DNA from: Polyangiaceae bacterium
GTDB lineage: Bacteria > Myxococcota_A > Polyangia > Polyangiales > Polyangiaceae
Assembly (NCBI GenBank): GCA_044376115.1
Contig: JBILLK010000007.1
Span: forward strand, 288,001-352,000
DNA: 64,000 nt
Direction: 5' to 3'
The notes beneath the pieces are model-generated. The model did no database searches, was not told the DNA's origin, and saw nothing but the letters and a program-made list of their open reading frames with translations. Shown here piece after piece: positions 48,493 to 57,588 of the stretch. How positions within the stretch are numbered: the first letter of the stretch is position 1; every line of letters begins with the position of its first letter. A program made the translations under genes and the position numbers.

Positions 48493-50370
48493 CTAGTGCG
48501 ACTTCGCGGCTGAGGTTGCGAGCTCTAGCTCGCATCGGAGGTCTAGATTGTCCGCGCTGCTTTCGATTGCCACGGTGAAGATGCTGGGCTCATGGTTGCG
48601 TGCCGGCTTGCACCGCACCGGCTCGCCAGCTTCGGTCTTGGCATCAACCACCGCACGCAGCCCCGCACACGAGCTACGTTCCAGGGCGAGGGTTGCCGGA
48701 ATCGTTTCAGGGAGTGGTACCACTCGACCAAAGCGGTCTGCACCCAGGAAGCCGACATGCAGCTCACCGCGCGCGGGGGTTCCGCTCAGCGCGATCCGCG
48801 CCGTACAGCCTGTGAAACTGGCTATCAAGAGCCCGCGATCCCGCCACTCGACCGCGAAGCCGTGGGCGAGGAGCGCGACGACGTCTCGCTCCTCGCCGTA
48901 GAACAGGAAGTCGTCAAATCCGGGGGCAAACGAAGCGAGTCGTGCGAGCTCGCGTGCGCGCACCTCGTCATCCGCGCCTTGAGCGAAGTAGGTCCCGTAG
49001 TCGCGTACCGGTGTGTTGGGAGCTGGACGGTCGGGGCGCCGGGTGACGAGGTGAACGTTGGGCATTGAGTCAAAGCCGTAGGGTGTGATCGCGGAGCGAT
49101 CGATGGCGTAAAGGTGCCCGACATTCATGATGTAGGCAGCAGAGGGCGTGCTGGGATCACGACGGCGCTGATATTCCCCTGAGATCTCTACGCGAGCGAT
49201 GACAGGAAGCAACGTTCGACCTGGAGCTGCCTTGCTTTGGCCAAGCGCCGCGTAAAGCGGTGCCTCGCTCGCAGCGTGCTCAAGGTAGTGGTGGGCGACC
49301 CATCCGTTGGAGGCGGCGGCAAACAACGCGAACAACACTGCGGCGCTCGCGTGCAGCTTGGCCGGGAGGCGCTCGAGCGGGACGAGCGGGATCAGCGCAA
49401 GCACCGCAATGGGGGTGAAGCGCGGTTGGAAGTATTGCCAAAATTGTGAGTGCATCGGAGTCAGTGCGACTCCGAGCAGACCAATGAGTGATACCCCCAA
49501 GAGGGCACCGACGCGGCGGTCGCGTGGACCGGTCGCGAGCTTAAGAAACGTAGCGAGCAAGCCAACCGTCGCAAGAACGAGCACAAAGGCGCTGCGCCCC
49601 GCAGGTCCTGGTAGAAACCAGCGGCCGAAGCCCTCGAGGCGCTCCACGAAGGAAAGGTCCAGCCCGGCCTGTGCAGGTGCTTTCGCTGCAGCGTCCTCCA
49701 CGTTGACCTGAGCCAACAGGGTCACGAGCACGGCTGGAGAACAGCCAAGCACCACGCCGCCCACTTCGCGTGCGACGTGCTCGCGAGAGCTGTGAAGCGA
49801 GCGCGTGATGAACACCGCAACCGATGCAAACTGCCCCCCGAAAGGGTGGTACACGCAGGCCGCGAGAATGCATGCGTAGATCGCAAGTTCGCGACGCAAC
49901 GACCATCGCGCGTGCGTGAGCGATAGTCCGATCGCAATGAAACCGAGACCAACGCTCCCGGCGTAGTTGACGAAACCCATGTGACTCGTCCATTGCCAGG
50001 CGGCTCCGAGCGCGACCAACCCGAGGGCTGTACGTCGGGGATCGAGCGCGCGCGCGATCAACGTCAGCCCAATCGGCATCATCAGAACGCCTAGAAGGGC
50101 GGCTGCCGCGTAGGCTGTGCGCCACGGCAGCACAAGCTCGAGGGCACCGTAAACCAGCGCGAACCCGAGCGCAGTTACGGGGGTGGAACGGGCGAAGTCA
50201 TGGCTGAAAGCATCGTCGGTTGCGTGAGCAAACAGGTGGGAGGCGTAAAGATTCTTCGGGCCGTCGTGGCAGGGCACCACTGGAACGCCGAATAGCGCGA
50301 TGAGCAACGGTATGAGCGCAAGCAAGACCAATGCGCTCGGGCCTGCCGAGGCGCGGAGACGTGCAATCAC
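48493..50370 (-). CDS. Polytopic membrane protein with an extracytoplasmic C-terminal domain (possibly GT-C-like)
   Basis: About 10-12 hydrophobic segments and PCHDGP in the first loop. GTGA coupling with the epimerase. Confidence 0.6.
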   Translation of the reverse strand: MIARLRASAGPSALVLLALIPLLIALFGVPVVPCHDGPKNLYASHLFAHATDDAFSHDFARSTPVTALGFALVYGALELVLPWRTAYAAAALLGVLMMPIGLTLIARALDPRRTALGLVALGAAWQWTSHMGFVNYAGSVGLGFIAIGLSLTHARWSLRRELAIYACILAACVYHPFGGQFASVAVFITRSLHSSREHVAREVGGVVLGCSPAVLVTLLAQVNVEDAAAKAPAQAGLDLSFVERLEGFGRWFLPGPAGRSAFVLVLATVGLLATFLKLATGPRDRRVGALLGVSLIGLLGVALTPMHSQFWQYFQPRFTPIAVLALIPLVPLERLPAKLHASAAVLFALFAAASNGWVAHHYLEHAASEAPLYAALGQSKAAPGRTLLPVIARVEISGEYQRRRDPSTPSAAYIMNVGHLYAIDRSAITPYGFDSMPNVHLVTRRPDRPAPNTPVRDYGTYFAQGADDEVRARELARLASFAPGFDDFLFYGEERDVVALLAHGFAVEWRDRGLLIASFTGCTARIALSGTPARGELHVGFLGADRFGRVVPLPETIPATLALERSSCAGLRAVVDAKTEAGEPVRCKPARNHEPSIFTVAIESSADNLDLRCELELATSAAKSH

Positions 50371-51320
50371 GACTCCTCATCCGCACGTAAATGCCACTCA
50401 ACCTGAGCTCGCAAGCCGTCCTCGAGGGAGGTCTTGGGGCTGTAGCCAAGCAGTTCTCTTGCGCGAGAAGTGTCAGCGTGGGTGTGGTCCACGTCGCCCT
50501 TCAACGCCGCAACATGCTGCAGCTTCAGGGGTGTCCCGAGGATGCGCTCGATCAGTGCGAGGGCCTCGAGCACCGTGACGCGCGACCCGCCGCCTACATT
50601 GAACGCACCGGTCACGTCGGAGTCGAGTGCGAGGAGGTTGGCTTGGACAATGTCGTCGACGAACGTAAAGTCACGCGTCTGCTGGCCGTCGCCTCGCACG
50701 AGTAGCTTCTCCTCGCGGCGCGCTGCCCGGATCATCTTGTGCCACGCCATGTCCGGACGCTGCCGAGGGCCGTACGCGGTGAAGTAGCGCAGCGTAGCGG
50801 CCGAGAGACCGTGGTTCGTGCGGTAGAGTTCAACCAGATGTTCCCCAGCGAGCTTGGTTACGCCATAGGGTGAATGCGGGGCGCAGCGTGCTTGCTCAGC
50901 CGTCGGTAGCGGCACTGCGTTGCCGTACACCGAGGAGGACGAGGCATAGATGAAGCGCTCGATGCGCGCGCTCACAGCCGCCTCGAGCAGGCGCTGGGTG
51001 GCGACGACGTTGTTGTCGGCGAAATCCCTGAAGGCCGTACCCCAACTCTGGGTAACCCCGGGCTGGCCAGCGAGATGAAGTATGCCGGTGACGTCTACCA
51101 GCAAAGGTGCGAGCGGCGCAGTGCACAAGTCAGCCTCAATCAGGGTGAAGCGCGGGCTCGTGCGAAGCTTCGCTACGTTTCGCTCCTTGATCGAGCGATC
51201 GTAGTATGGCGTGAAGCTGTCGAGCCCGAGCACGTCGAAGCCAAGCCCGACCAACTGCTCGCTGAGGGCCGCGCCGATAAACCCCGCGGCGCCAGTCACA
51301 AGCAACCTTCGACTCTTCAT
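50367..51320 (-). CDS. NAD-dependent nucleotide-sugar epimerase/dehydratase
   Basis: TGAAGFIG, ASSSSVYG, SPYGVTK, RYFTAYGPRQRPDMA and RDFTFVDD. Confidence 0.93.
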   Translation of the reverse strand: MKSRRLLVTGAAGFIGAALSEQLVGLGFDVLGLDSFTPYYDRSIKERNVAKLRTSPRFTLIEADLCTAPLAPLLVDVTGILHLAGQPGVTQSWGTAFRDFADNNVVATQRLLEAAVSARIERFIYASSSSVYGNAVPLPTAEQARCAPHSPYGVTKLAGEHLVELYRTNHGLSAATLRYFTAYGPRQRPDMAWHKMIRAARREEKLLVRGDGQQTRDFTFVDDIVQANLLALDSDVTGAFNVGGGSRVTVLEALALIERILGTPLKLQHVAALKGDVDHTHADTSRARELLGYSPKTSLEDGLRAQVEWHLRADEES

Positions 51321-51357
51321 CGATCGGATCCTAAGTCAGTCAAACGCTTGGCCCCGC

Positions 51358-52284
51358 TCACAGCGTTCGGAAGAAGTCGACGATCTGTGTTGTCCATGGA
51401 TCGGTTGGCCAAACGTGGCCGCGGTCGTCACTGCACCAGATGGTTCGTTCGCTGCAGCCTTGGTACTCGACGCAAGGGCCGTCGGGGAGGGGCACCGTCT
51501 CGTTCGAGCAGCCGTTGGCGGCGATCCAGCCGTCCCGGCCAGGCACGATGTAGCTGGCGTAGTATTCGTCGGCCGTCCCACCATAGAGCCAAACCGGGTG
51601 CGGGGCGCCGCAGGAGTAGTTGAGCGATATCGCCGCCGCGCCGTCGACGATTCCGTCGCACAAAAGCCGGCTCGACATCATCGCGCCGGAGCTCATACCG
51701 TCGGCAAAGGTGCGCGACTCGTCGATGCAGTATTCGCCGGCGACACGCTCGAGCACGTGCTGCACGTAACTCACGTCGATCGCCGTCATGTTGTAGTCCC
51801 AGCAGCTCGCGAGCGCCTTGGGGTAGACGAAAAGCAGGTCGCTTTGGCCAGCGGTCACTTGCGGCGCCGTGTTGGAACGCGCGCCTTGCGGTGAGCCGCC
51901 GCAGCCGTGGAGGCCGAGCACCACACGCCGCTGAACCGCCGGATCGAAGCCTTCGGGGACCTCCACGCAGAAGCTCCGCGCGTTGCCTTCGAAGGTCTCG
52001 TCGAAGCAGGTAAACCCTGGGGCGTGGGCTGTGCCGCAGCCGGCCGAGCCCGGACCCGGCTCACTTCCTCCCTCCCCGCTCCCGCCTCCAACCGCGCTAA
52101 GTGCGCCTGCACCGCCGCTGCCAGGGTCTGCACCGCCGCCACCGCTATTGCCCGCGCCACCTACGTTCGTCGAACCGGCAGATCCCCCGGTGGCGCTCGC
52201 TGCTCCACTTCCGCCGGAGCCTTCGTCGTCACAGCCAACGCTGAGAACCAGAAGCAAACCAATAAGCCCATTGTAACGATGCAT
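51358..52284 (-). CDS. Lipoprotein esterase (PHB depolymerase/feruloyl esterase-like alpha/beta hydrolase) with a Gly-rich linker
   Basis: Lipobox SVGC, Gly/Ser linker, LHGCGG, DGMSSG, GTAD and GHVWP. Confidence 0.75.
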   Translation of the reverse strand: MHRYNGLIGLLLVLSVGCDDEGSGGSGAASATGGSAGSTNVGGAGNSGGGGADPGSGGAGALSAVGGGSGEGGSEPGPGSAGCGTAHAPGFTCFDETFEGNARSFCVEVPEGFDPAVQRRVVLGLHGCGGSPQGARSNTAPQVTAGQSDLLFVYPKALASCWDYNMTAIDVSYVQHVLERVAGEYCIDESRTFADGMSSGAMMSSRLLCDGIVDGAAAISLNYSCGAPHPVWLYGGTADEYYASYIVPGRDGWIAANGCSNETVPLPDGPCVEYQGCSERTIWCSDDRGHVWPTDPWTTQIVDFFRTL

Positions 52285-52446
52285 CTGGTCGACCGTATCT
52301 GCCGTCGGCGCCGACCTCAAGCGCAGCGGAGATTCGAAAGAGCGCGGCACGGCTCCTTCAGAGCTTCTTCTACAGAAACACCGTCGGCTTTCTCAGCGGT
52401 TAGGGAGCTAAACAAAGTGCCGTTCAGAGAGTAAGATCCATCCCTC

Positions 52447-52989
52447 ATGAGCGACGTGCTCCATATCCCCAAAGGCGCCCGTGTTCGGTTCCCACGCCAA
52501 GAGAGCGAGGCTGCGGAGGCTCACGAAAGTTGGCGGGTCACGCAATCGCTCGCGTCGCGCCGGCCAAGCATCGAAGGGGCCAGCGCATCTGGGCGTGTGC
52601 TCGTCACTTTTCGCATGGCGCTAGGGTATCGCGAGACACTGGCCGCCATCGCGCGCGCTTCGGATCGACCGATGGGGGTGGTGATTGAGCTCATCCTGGA
52701 TCACCCGCGGGCGCGCCTTCCAGAAGCGTTGCCAAGCGAAATCACCAAGCCGCGAGGTCGTCCGAGTGCTCAGGCAGGTGAGCACGCTTTCAATTGCGTG
52801 GTCGAACTCCAGGAGCACGGGCAATCGTTCTCCACCCAGCTGATCGGCCATTGGGCGGATCAATCGGTGTATCTGTCGCTCGCGCACGTAGAGCGAATCG
52901 AGGCGGCAGCGAGGCAAGCCGGGCTCAGCGCCGACCAGACCTTGGACGCTTTCATCGACAACCATCTCGCCGAGAGTTTGAAGCCTTAA
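52447..52989 (+). CDS. Hypothetical protein, possibly with two ribbon-helix-helix-like segments
   Basis: VTFRM...LAAIARASDRPMGVVI and SVYLS...IEAAARQAGLSADQTL patterns. Confidence 0.5.
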   Translation: MSDVLHIPKGARVRFPRQESEAAEAHESWRVTQSLASRRPSIEGASASGRVLVTFRMALGYRETLAAIARASDRPMGVVIELILDHPRARLPEALPSEITKPRGRPSAQAGEHAFNCVVELQEHGQSFSTQLIGHWADQSVYLSLAHVERIEAAARQAGLSADQTLDAFIDNHLAESLKP

Positions 52990-53038
52990 GCAGGCCGGTA
53001 ACTTGCCAATCGGCGCGGTGACGGTGTAAGGGCGCCCG

Positions 53039-54067
53039 ATGGCAGCGCTATCGCGGTTATTGCTCGGCCTGCCACTGGGGTTGGCGCTCGTGCTAACGCC
53101 CGAGCCTTCCCTCGCTGAGGCGGCTTCAAAACGAAGCAAGCCTCGCGTCGAGAAGGTGACTCCGTCGAAGTCCGTGCTGAGCAAGGCCGCGAAGAAGGGT
53201 AGACCCACCCGCCGAGCCAACGAAGGCGCTGCAGCTAAACGGAACCGCGCTGGCAAACGCAACACAGCGCCTTCGCCGAACTCCCAGCGGCCGAGTCGCG
53301 CAGCAGCGCTTACACTACTGGACCGCGCCATCGCCTGCCCGTCGGACATGGTTGCTGTCGCTGGCCGCGTTTGCGTCGACCGCTTCGAGATGAGCATCGT
53401 CGATGCAGCGAGTGGCGCTCCGTGGTCGCCCTTCTACACGCCCGATCCGGAGCGCGCCCGCGCTGTGTTCGAGTTTTACACGAGCGTCGATGCGCCTCCG
53501 ACGCTGCTCGAGCATGCGCCGCCTCTGCCCGAACTGCCGCCCATTGCGATACTCCCGGTCGCGCGTTCGCTGAGCGGCGTGCTTCCTCAAGGCTATCTGT
53601 CCGCAGTACAGGCCGAGTCTGCGTGCGCCCGCGCCGGTAAGCGTCTCTGCAGCGAGTCGGAGTGGCTGACGGCCTGCCGCGGTGAAGCTCAGCGCGACTT
53701 CCCCTACGGCGACAAGTACGAGCGAGGGACGTGCAACGTGTACCGCGAGAGTCACCCCGCAGTGCTGCTCCACAACGATGCTTCACGCTTTCACGACGAC
53801 CCGCGTAACCACTTGGTCGAGAGCGCCGGTCGCCCATTCCTTCAGCCAACCAGCGAGCAGTCGAGCTGTGCGAGCCGCTGGGGCGACGACGCAGTGATCG
53901 ACATGGTCGGCAATCTCGATGAATGGGTGTCCGATGCCGAAGGCGTTTTCCTCGGCGGCTTCTACTCGCGAGGTGCGCGTTCTGGGTGCCTGTCGCGCGT
54001 CAGCTCTCACGCGCGCAGCTACTCGGATTACTCCACCGGCGCTCGCTGCTGCAAAGACCCAGACTGA
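53039..54067 (+). CDS. FGE-sulfatase (SUMF1-like) domain exported protein
   Basis: CPSDMV, VCVDRFE, GKRLCSESEWLTAC, DMVGNLDEWV and TGARCC. Confidence 0.82.
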   Translation: MAALSRLLLGLPLGLALVLTPEPSLAEAASKRSKPRVEKVTPSKSVLSKAAKKGRPTRRANEGAAAKRNRAGKRNTAPSPNSQRPSRAAALTLLDRAIACPSDMVAVAGRVCVDRFEMSIVDAASGAPWSPFYTPDPERARAVFEFYTSVDAPPTLLEHAPPLPELPPIAILPVARSLSGVLPQGYLSAVQAESACARAGKRLCSESEWLTACRGEAQRDFPYGDKYERGTCNVYRESHPAVLLHNDASRFHDDPRNHLVESAGRPFLQPTSEQSSCASRWGDDAVIDMVGNLDEWVSDAEGVFLGGFYSRGARSGCLSRVSSHARSYSDYSTGARCCKDPD

Positions 54068-54339
54068 ACGCCGACGGGCAGCTCCACCGAAACCACAGTG
54101 CCGATGTCCGCCTGGCTGCGCGCCGAGATCTTTCCTCCGTGGGCCTCGACGATGCGCCGGCACAGCGAGAGCCCGATCCCGCTACCGCTTTGCATTTGAC
54201 TGCGGTCGGTACGGAAAAATGGCTCGAAGATGCGGTCGAGGTCAGCCACGTCGATGCCGATCCCGCGGTCCTCGATCTCGATCACCACGGATTGAGCCGA
54301 TCGCATCGCCCGAACGATGATCGGCTGGCCTGGTTTTGC
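54028..54339 (-). pseudogene. C-terminal fragment of a sensor histidine kinase HATPase_c domain
   Basis: IEDRGIGI (G1), IFEPFFR (F box), GSGIGLSLCRRIVEAHGG (G2). No N-box or H-box, and an in-frame stop about 28 codons upstream of ATG 54306. Confidence 0.7.
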
Positions 54340-54344
54340 AGGAT

Positions 54345-54364
54345 TGTTGCAGTGTGTTGCAGTG
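54345..54364. repeat. 10-bp perfect tandem repeat (TGTTGCAGTG)x2, with a third TTGCAG at 54336
   Basis: Read directly from the sequence. Confidence 0.8.
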
Positions 54365-54391
54365 CCCCGCCCGCTGGCTCGGGCCGCCTAC

Positions 54392-55072
54392 CTAGCCCGC
54401 TTCAGCTTTGCGCAGCTTCTTTTCGAGCTTGCCCTTCACTCGCTCATGGATGCGCGAGGCGGTGCGCTTGACCACCTTCAGCTCGACGGCAATATCGTCC
54501 AGGGTCGCGTCATCGACGTAGTAGCGGCGGACAAAGTAACGCTCCTCTTCATCGAGCTCGGCGATTGCGGCGTGTAGAGCCTGCTTGCTGGTTTCTCGCT
54601 CGAGCTGGTCGTGAGGTGAGGGAACGTGTTCTGCGCGCTGGTTGAGCAGGGTGCCAACCGCCATCTCGGCAGCCTGACGACGTAACCAGGCGATGGTGCG
54701 CAAGCGCGCGTTCTCGGGCGAGTCCTCGAGTGCTTCCTCGAGCGTGAGGTCGCTCGGCGGCGCCGCGTCAGCGTCGTACTCGCGCAGCCCCCGGTTGATC
54801 GCGTTGTGCACCGAGCCGAAGGCCTCGCGCGTGGTGTCGCGAAGCATCGAGCCGCGAATGCGCTGGTAGGCGAAGCTTTCAAATGTGGTGCCCCGTTCCG
54901 GATCGAAGTTGCGTGCTGCGGTAACCGCGGCAGCCGAACCGACCGATACGAAGTCCTCGAGGGGAATTGTGCGGAAGCGTCGGGCCATCGAAGCTGCCAA
55001 GCCCTCGACGAGATGGGCAGCTGCTTGCACGAGCCGACGCTCGCGATCCGTTAGGGGCGTGCCTTGACTCAT
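54392..55072 (-). CDS. Sigma-70 family RNA polymerase sigma factor (FliA/WhiG-like group)
   Basis: Region 2 AARNFDPERGTTFESFAYQRIRGSM and region 4 LDEEERYFVRRYY...TLDDIA. Confidence 0.88.
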   Translation of the reverse strand: MSQGTPLTDRERRLVQAAAHLVEGLAASMARRFRTIPLEDFVSVGSAAAVTAARNFDPERGTTFESFAYQRIRGSMLRDTTREAFGSVHNAINRGLREYDADAAPPSDLTLEEALEDSPENARLRTIAWLRRQAAEMAVGTLLNQRAEHVPSPHDQLERETSKQALHAAIAELDEEERYFVRRYYVDDATLDDIAVELKVVKRTASRIHERVKGKLEKKLRKAEAG

Positions 55073-55335
55073 GATTTCTTGGCGATACCGAGGACAGTGC
55101 GGAGGTCCGCCGAAGCTTCTTTGCCCGGCGCTACCAAGTCTTCACTGCGATCCGGAGTTGGGTCGAGACGCACTTGGCGAAGCAGCTGTTGGCCCGCCTT
55201 GGTGATCAGCAGCCGATCCAAGAGCTCCTCACGCATGGCTTCGAACTCAGCCGGGCTGACGCTCGTCTCGAAACCGGCCAAGGCCTCATTCACCAGCTGA
55301 GCAGCTAACTCTTCGTCGCTCGCAGGGTCACTCAT
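55069..55335 (-). CDS. Small acidic helical protein translationally coupled to the sigma factor
   Basis: ATGA overlap at 55069-55072 and protein-like composition. Confidence 0.6.
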   Translation of the reverse strand: MSDPASDEELAAQLVNEALAGFETSVSPAEFEAMREELLDRLLITKAGQQLLRQVRLDPTPDRSEDLVAPGKEASADLRTVLGIAKKS

Positions 55336-55509
55336 GATGGGAGTAAAAACGATAGCACGCATAGGTCCTCCACTTCAGTAGTCGTGAGGGCGCCGCAAAC
55401 ATGGACAGACTTTCCTTCGCGACCTCAAAATCGAGCCGAGCCCAGCTGGTTGCAGAGGATGATTCTTGTTGCTGCATCGGCGATCGGGTGCATAAGACGA
55501 GTCGTTCTC

Positions 55510-56865
55510 ATGCACCCCCGCTCATTTGCTCCCGGAATCCTTGGCGCGCTCGCCAGCGCGGCAGGCGCGACCTTCGCTGCGCTCTCCACCCATGACTACG
55601 CGAGCCACCTCGATCGGCAGCTCCACGGTACGCATTGTTCCTTCATCCCTGGCCTGGCCGAGGCCAGCGCGGACAACGCCTGCACCAAGGCGATGTACAG
55701 CCCTTATTCGGCGGTGTTGAAGGAGGTGTTCTGGGGCGGCATTCCGATCAGTCTGTTCGGCCTTGGGGCGTTCCTGTTCTTTTTCGCCTTCAGCCTTTAC
55801 CTCCTGCTGGCGAGGGAAGCGGCGTCCAAGCGCTTTCGTCTCGGGTACCTGTTGTGCACGATCGGCCCGGTACTCGCCTCGGTGCTAATGCTGGTGATCA
55901 GCCTCACCAAGCTCGGGGACGTGTGCAAGCTCTGCGTCGGTATCTACGTCTCGAGCTTCGCGCTCTTCGGCGCGGGCATCCTCGGGATGATTGGCGCGCA
56001 GAAGTCGTTCGGCGTCGTGGGCGCCATCCCGGGGCAGCCGCCGCCGGCACCTCCTCGCACCGTGGATGCTGACGCAACGCAAGCGGACCCGCAGCCTTGG
56101 CACCAAGCGGCCAAGGCGGATCCACGCAGCGTGTTACGTGGCGTCGACGAGAAGTCGCGCGCGGTCGAACCGCCGAAAGGCAGCGTGCTCGCTTTGCTCG
56201 GGTTGCCCGCCTTGCTCGGCCTCTCGTGTGCGCTGCCGGGAGGCGTCTATGCGGCCTCGTTGCCCGACTACAAGCCCATCATCAAGAGCTGCGGCAGCCT
56301 GACGACGCTGACCGAGAAGCACGATGCTCTCGTCAAACTCCCCACCAAGAAGCCGGTGCAACCCGCGTTATTCTTTGAAGACCCGCTATGCCCCACCTGC
56401 AAAGCCTTCCATGAACGTTTGGTCGAGGACGGCGTTTACGAGCAGCTGGACGTAACGGTGGCCATCTTCCCTCTGGATAGCGAGTGCAACTGGCTCTTGT
56501 CGCGGCCCATGCACCCCGGCGCCTGTGTTTTGGCGCGCGCCTTTCTCTGTGGAGACAAAGCCGGCAATGCCCGCGAGATCCTCGAGTGGTCTTATGAGAA
56601 CCAGGAGGAGCTCAGCGCCCTCGGAAAGTCTGGCGTGGACAAGGTAAGGGCCAAGGTCGTCGGGCGCTTCGGCACTGTCGAGAGCTGCATTGACTCGGCT
56701 GAAACCAAGAAGCGGCTCGACCATGTGCTCCACTTCGCAGTGGCCAACAAGCTGCGGATCTCCACTCCTCAGCTGTTCCTCGGTGAGCAACGCATGTGTG
56801 ATGAAGACACGGATCTCGGGTTGACCTACGCGCTTACGTTGTTGGCCCCCAAGGTGAAGCCATGA
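55510..56865 (+). CDS. VKOR-family membrane domain fused to a DsbA/thioredoxin-like domain
   Basis: Loop cysteines (HCSF...NACT), SPYS, GIPISLFG and VCKLC. Second domain FEDPLCPTCK, FPLDSECN and STPQ. Confidence 0.85.
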   Translation: MHPRSFAPGILGALASAAGATFAALSTHDYASHLDRQLHGTHCSFIPGLAEASADNACTKAMYSPYSAVLKEVFWGGIPISLFGLGAFLFFFAFSLYLLLAREAASKRFRLGYLLCTIGPVLASVLMLVISLTKLGDVCKLCVGIYVSSFALFGAGILGMIGAQKSFGVVGAIPGQPPPAPPRTVDADATQADPQPWHQAAKADPRSVLRGVDEKSRAVEPPKGSVLALLGLPALLGLSCALPGGVYAASLPDYKPIIKSCGSLTTLTEKHDALVKLPTKKPVQPALFFEDPLCPTCKAFHERLVEDGVYEQLDVTVAIFPLDSECNWLLSRPMHPGACVLARAFLCGDKAGNAREILEWSYENQEELSALGKSGVDKVRAKVVGRFGTVESCIDSAETKKRLDHVLHFAVANKLRISTPQLFLGEQRMCDEDTDLGLTYALTLLAPKVKP

Positions 56866-57575
56866 AAATGCCGGCGCTCGTTTCCGGATTGGTGTTTGTC
56901 GCTGTTTCGCTTGGTGGTGCCATCTACGTCGAGCAGCAGGTTGCCGCTTCCAAGGAGCTCCTACTCCATCCCGAGAAGGCGAAGGAGGAGGTCGCCAAAG
57001 CGCAGGTGGCGGTGGCCGACCACACCGACGCTGAGTACTGCACGCCCAAGTTCCGTGAGGTTCTTTCGCGCGTGGTGGACGCTTGTGGGCTCTCCGGTCA
57101 AGACGCACGGCGCGGCTGTGAACCGGTGGACGTGAAGAGCTTCGCCAGCATTTCCGACACCGACTTCAACGCTCTGTTCGACCCGTTGGAGAGTCGCGGG
57201 GGGATCCTGATGTTCGATGACAACTCGGACAAGCTGGATCCAGCAGCCAAGAAGCTGCTGCTACAAAAATGGGAGGAACGCAAAGGTGCGCGCTACTTCT
57301 TCATCGTGGCGCGGGCGTCGAAGAAGGGCGGGGCGGAGTACAACCGCCAGCTCTCGCAGCGCCGCGCCAACAGCGTGATGTTCGCGCTCGAAGAGGTAGC
57401 CGAGAAGGGCGACGAGCTCAGCTCGATGGTGGGCATGTTGTGGCTCGGCAGTGAGTACGCTCAGCTGCCGAAAGACTACTGCGGCTCGTGGAAGCACTCG
57501 CGGCCCGACAAGCCCTGCAATGAAGAGGCGATCAACCGCAGCGCCTTCATCTCTTGGGTCGACTGTCGGCTGTGA
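56862..57575 (+). CDS. Membrane-anchored protein with an OmpA-C-terminal-like domain
   Basis: N-terminal TM, LMFDDNSDKL and ARAS..G.AEYNRQLSQRRANSV. ATGA coupling with the upstream gene. Confidence 0.65.
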   Translation: MKMPALVSGLVFVAVSLGGAIYVEQQVAASKELLLHPEKAKEEVAKAQVAVADHTDAEYCTPKFREVLSRVVDACGLSGQDARRGCEPVDVKSFASISDTDFNALFDPLESRGGILMFDDNSDKLDPAAKKLLLQKWEERKGARYFFIVARASKKGGAEYNRQLSQRRANSVMFALEEVAEKGDELSSMVGMLWLGSEYAQLPKDYCGSWKHSRPDKPCNEEAINRSAFISWVDCRL

Positions 57576-57588
57576 GGCACGTTCGCGC

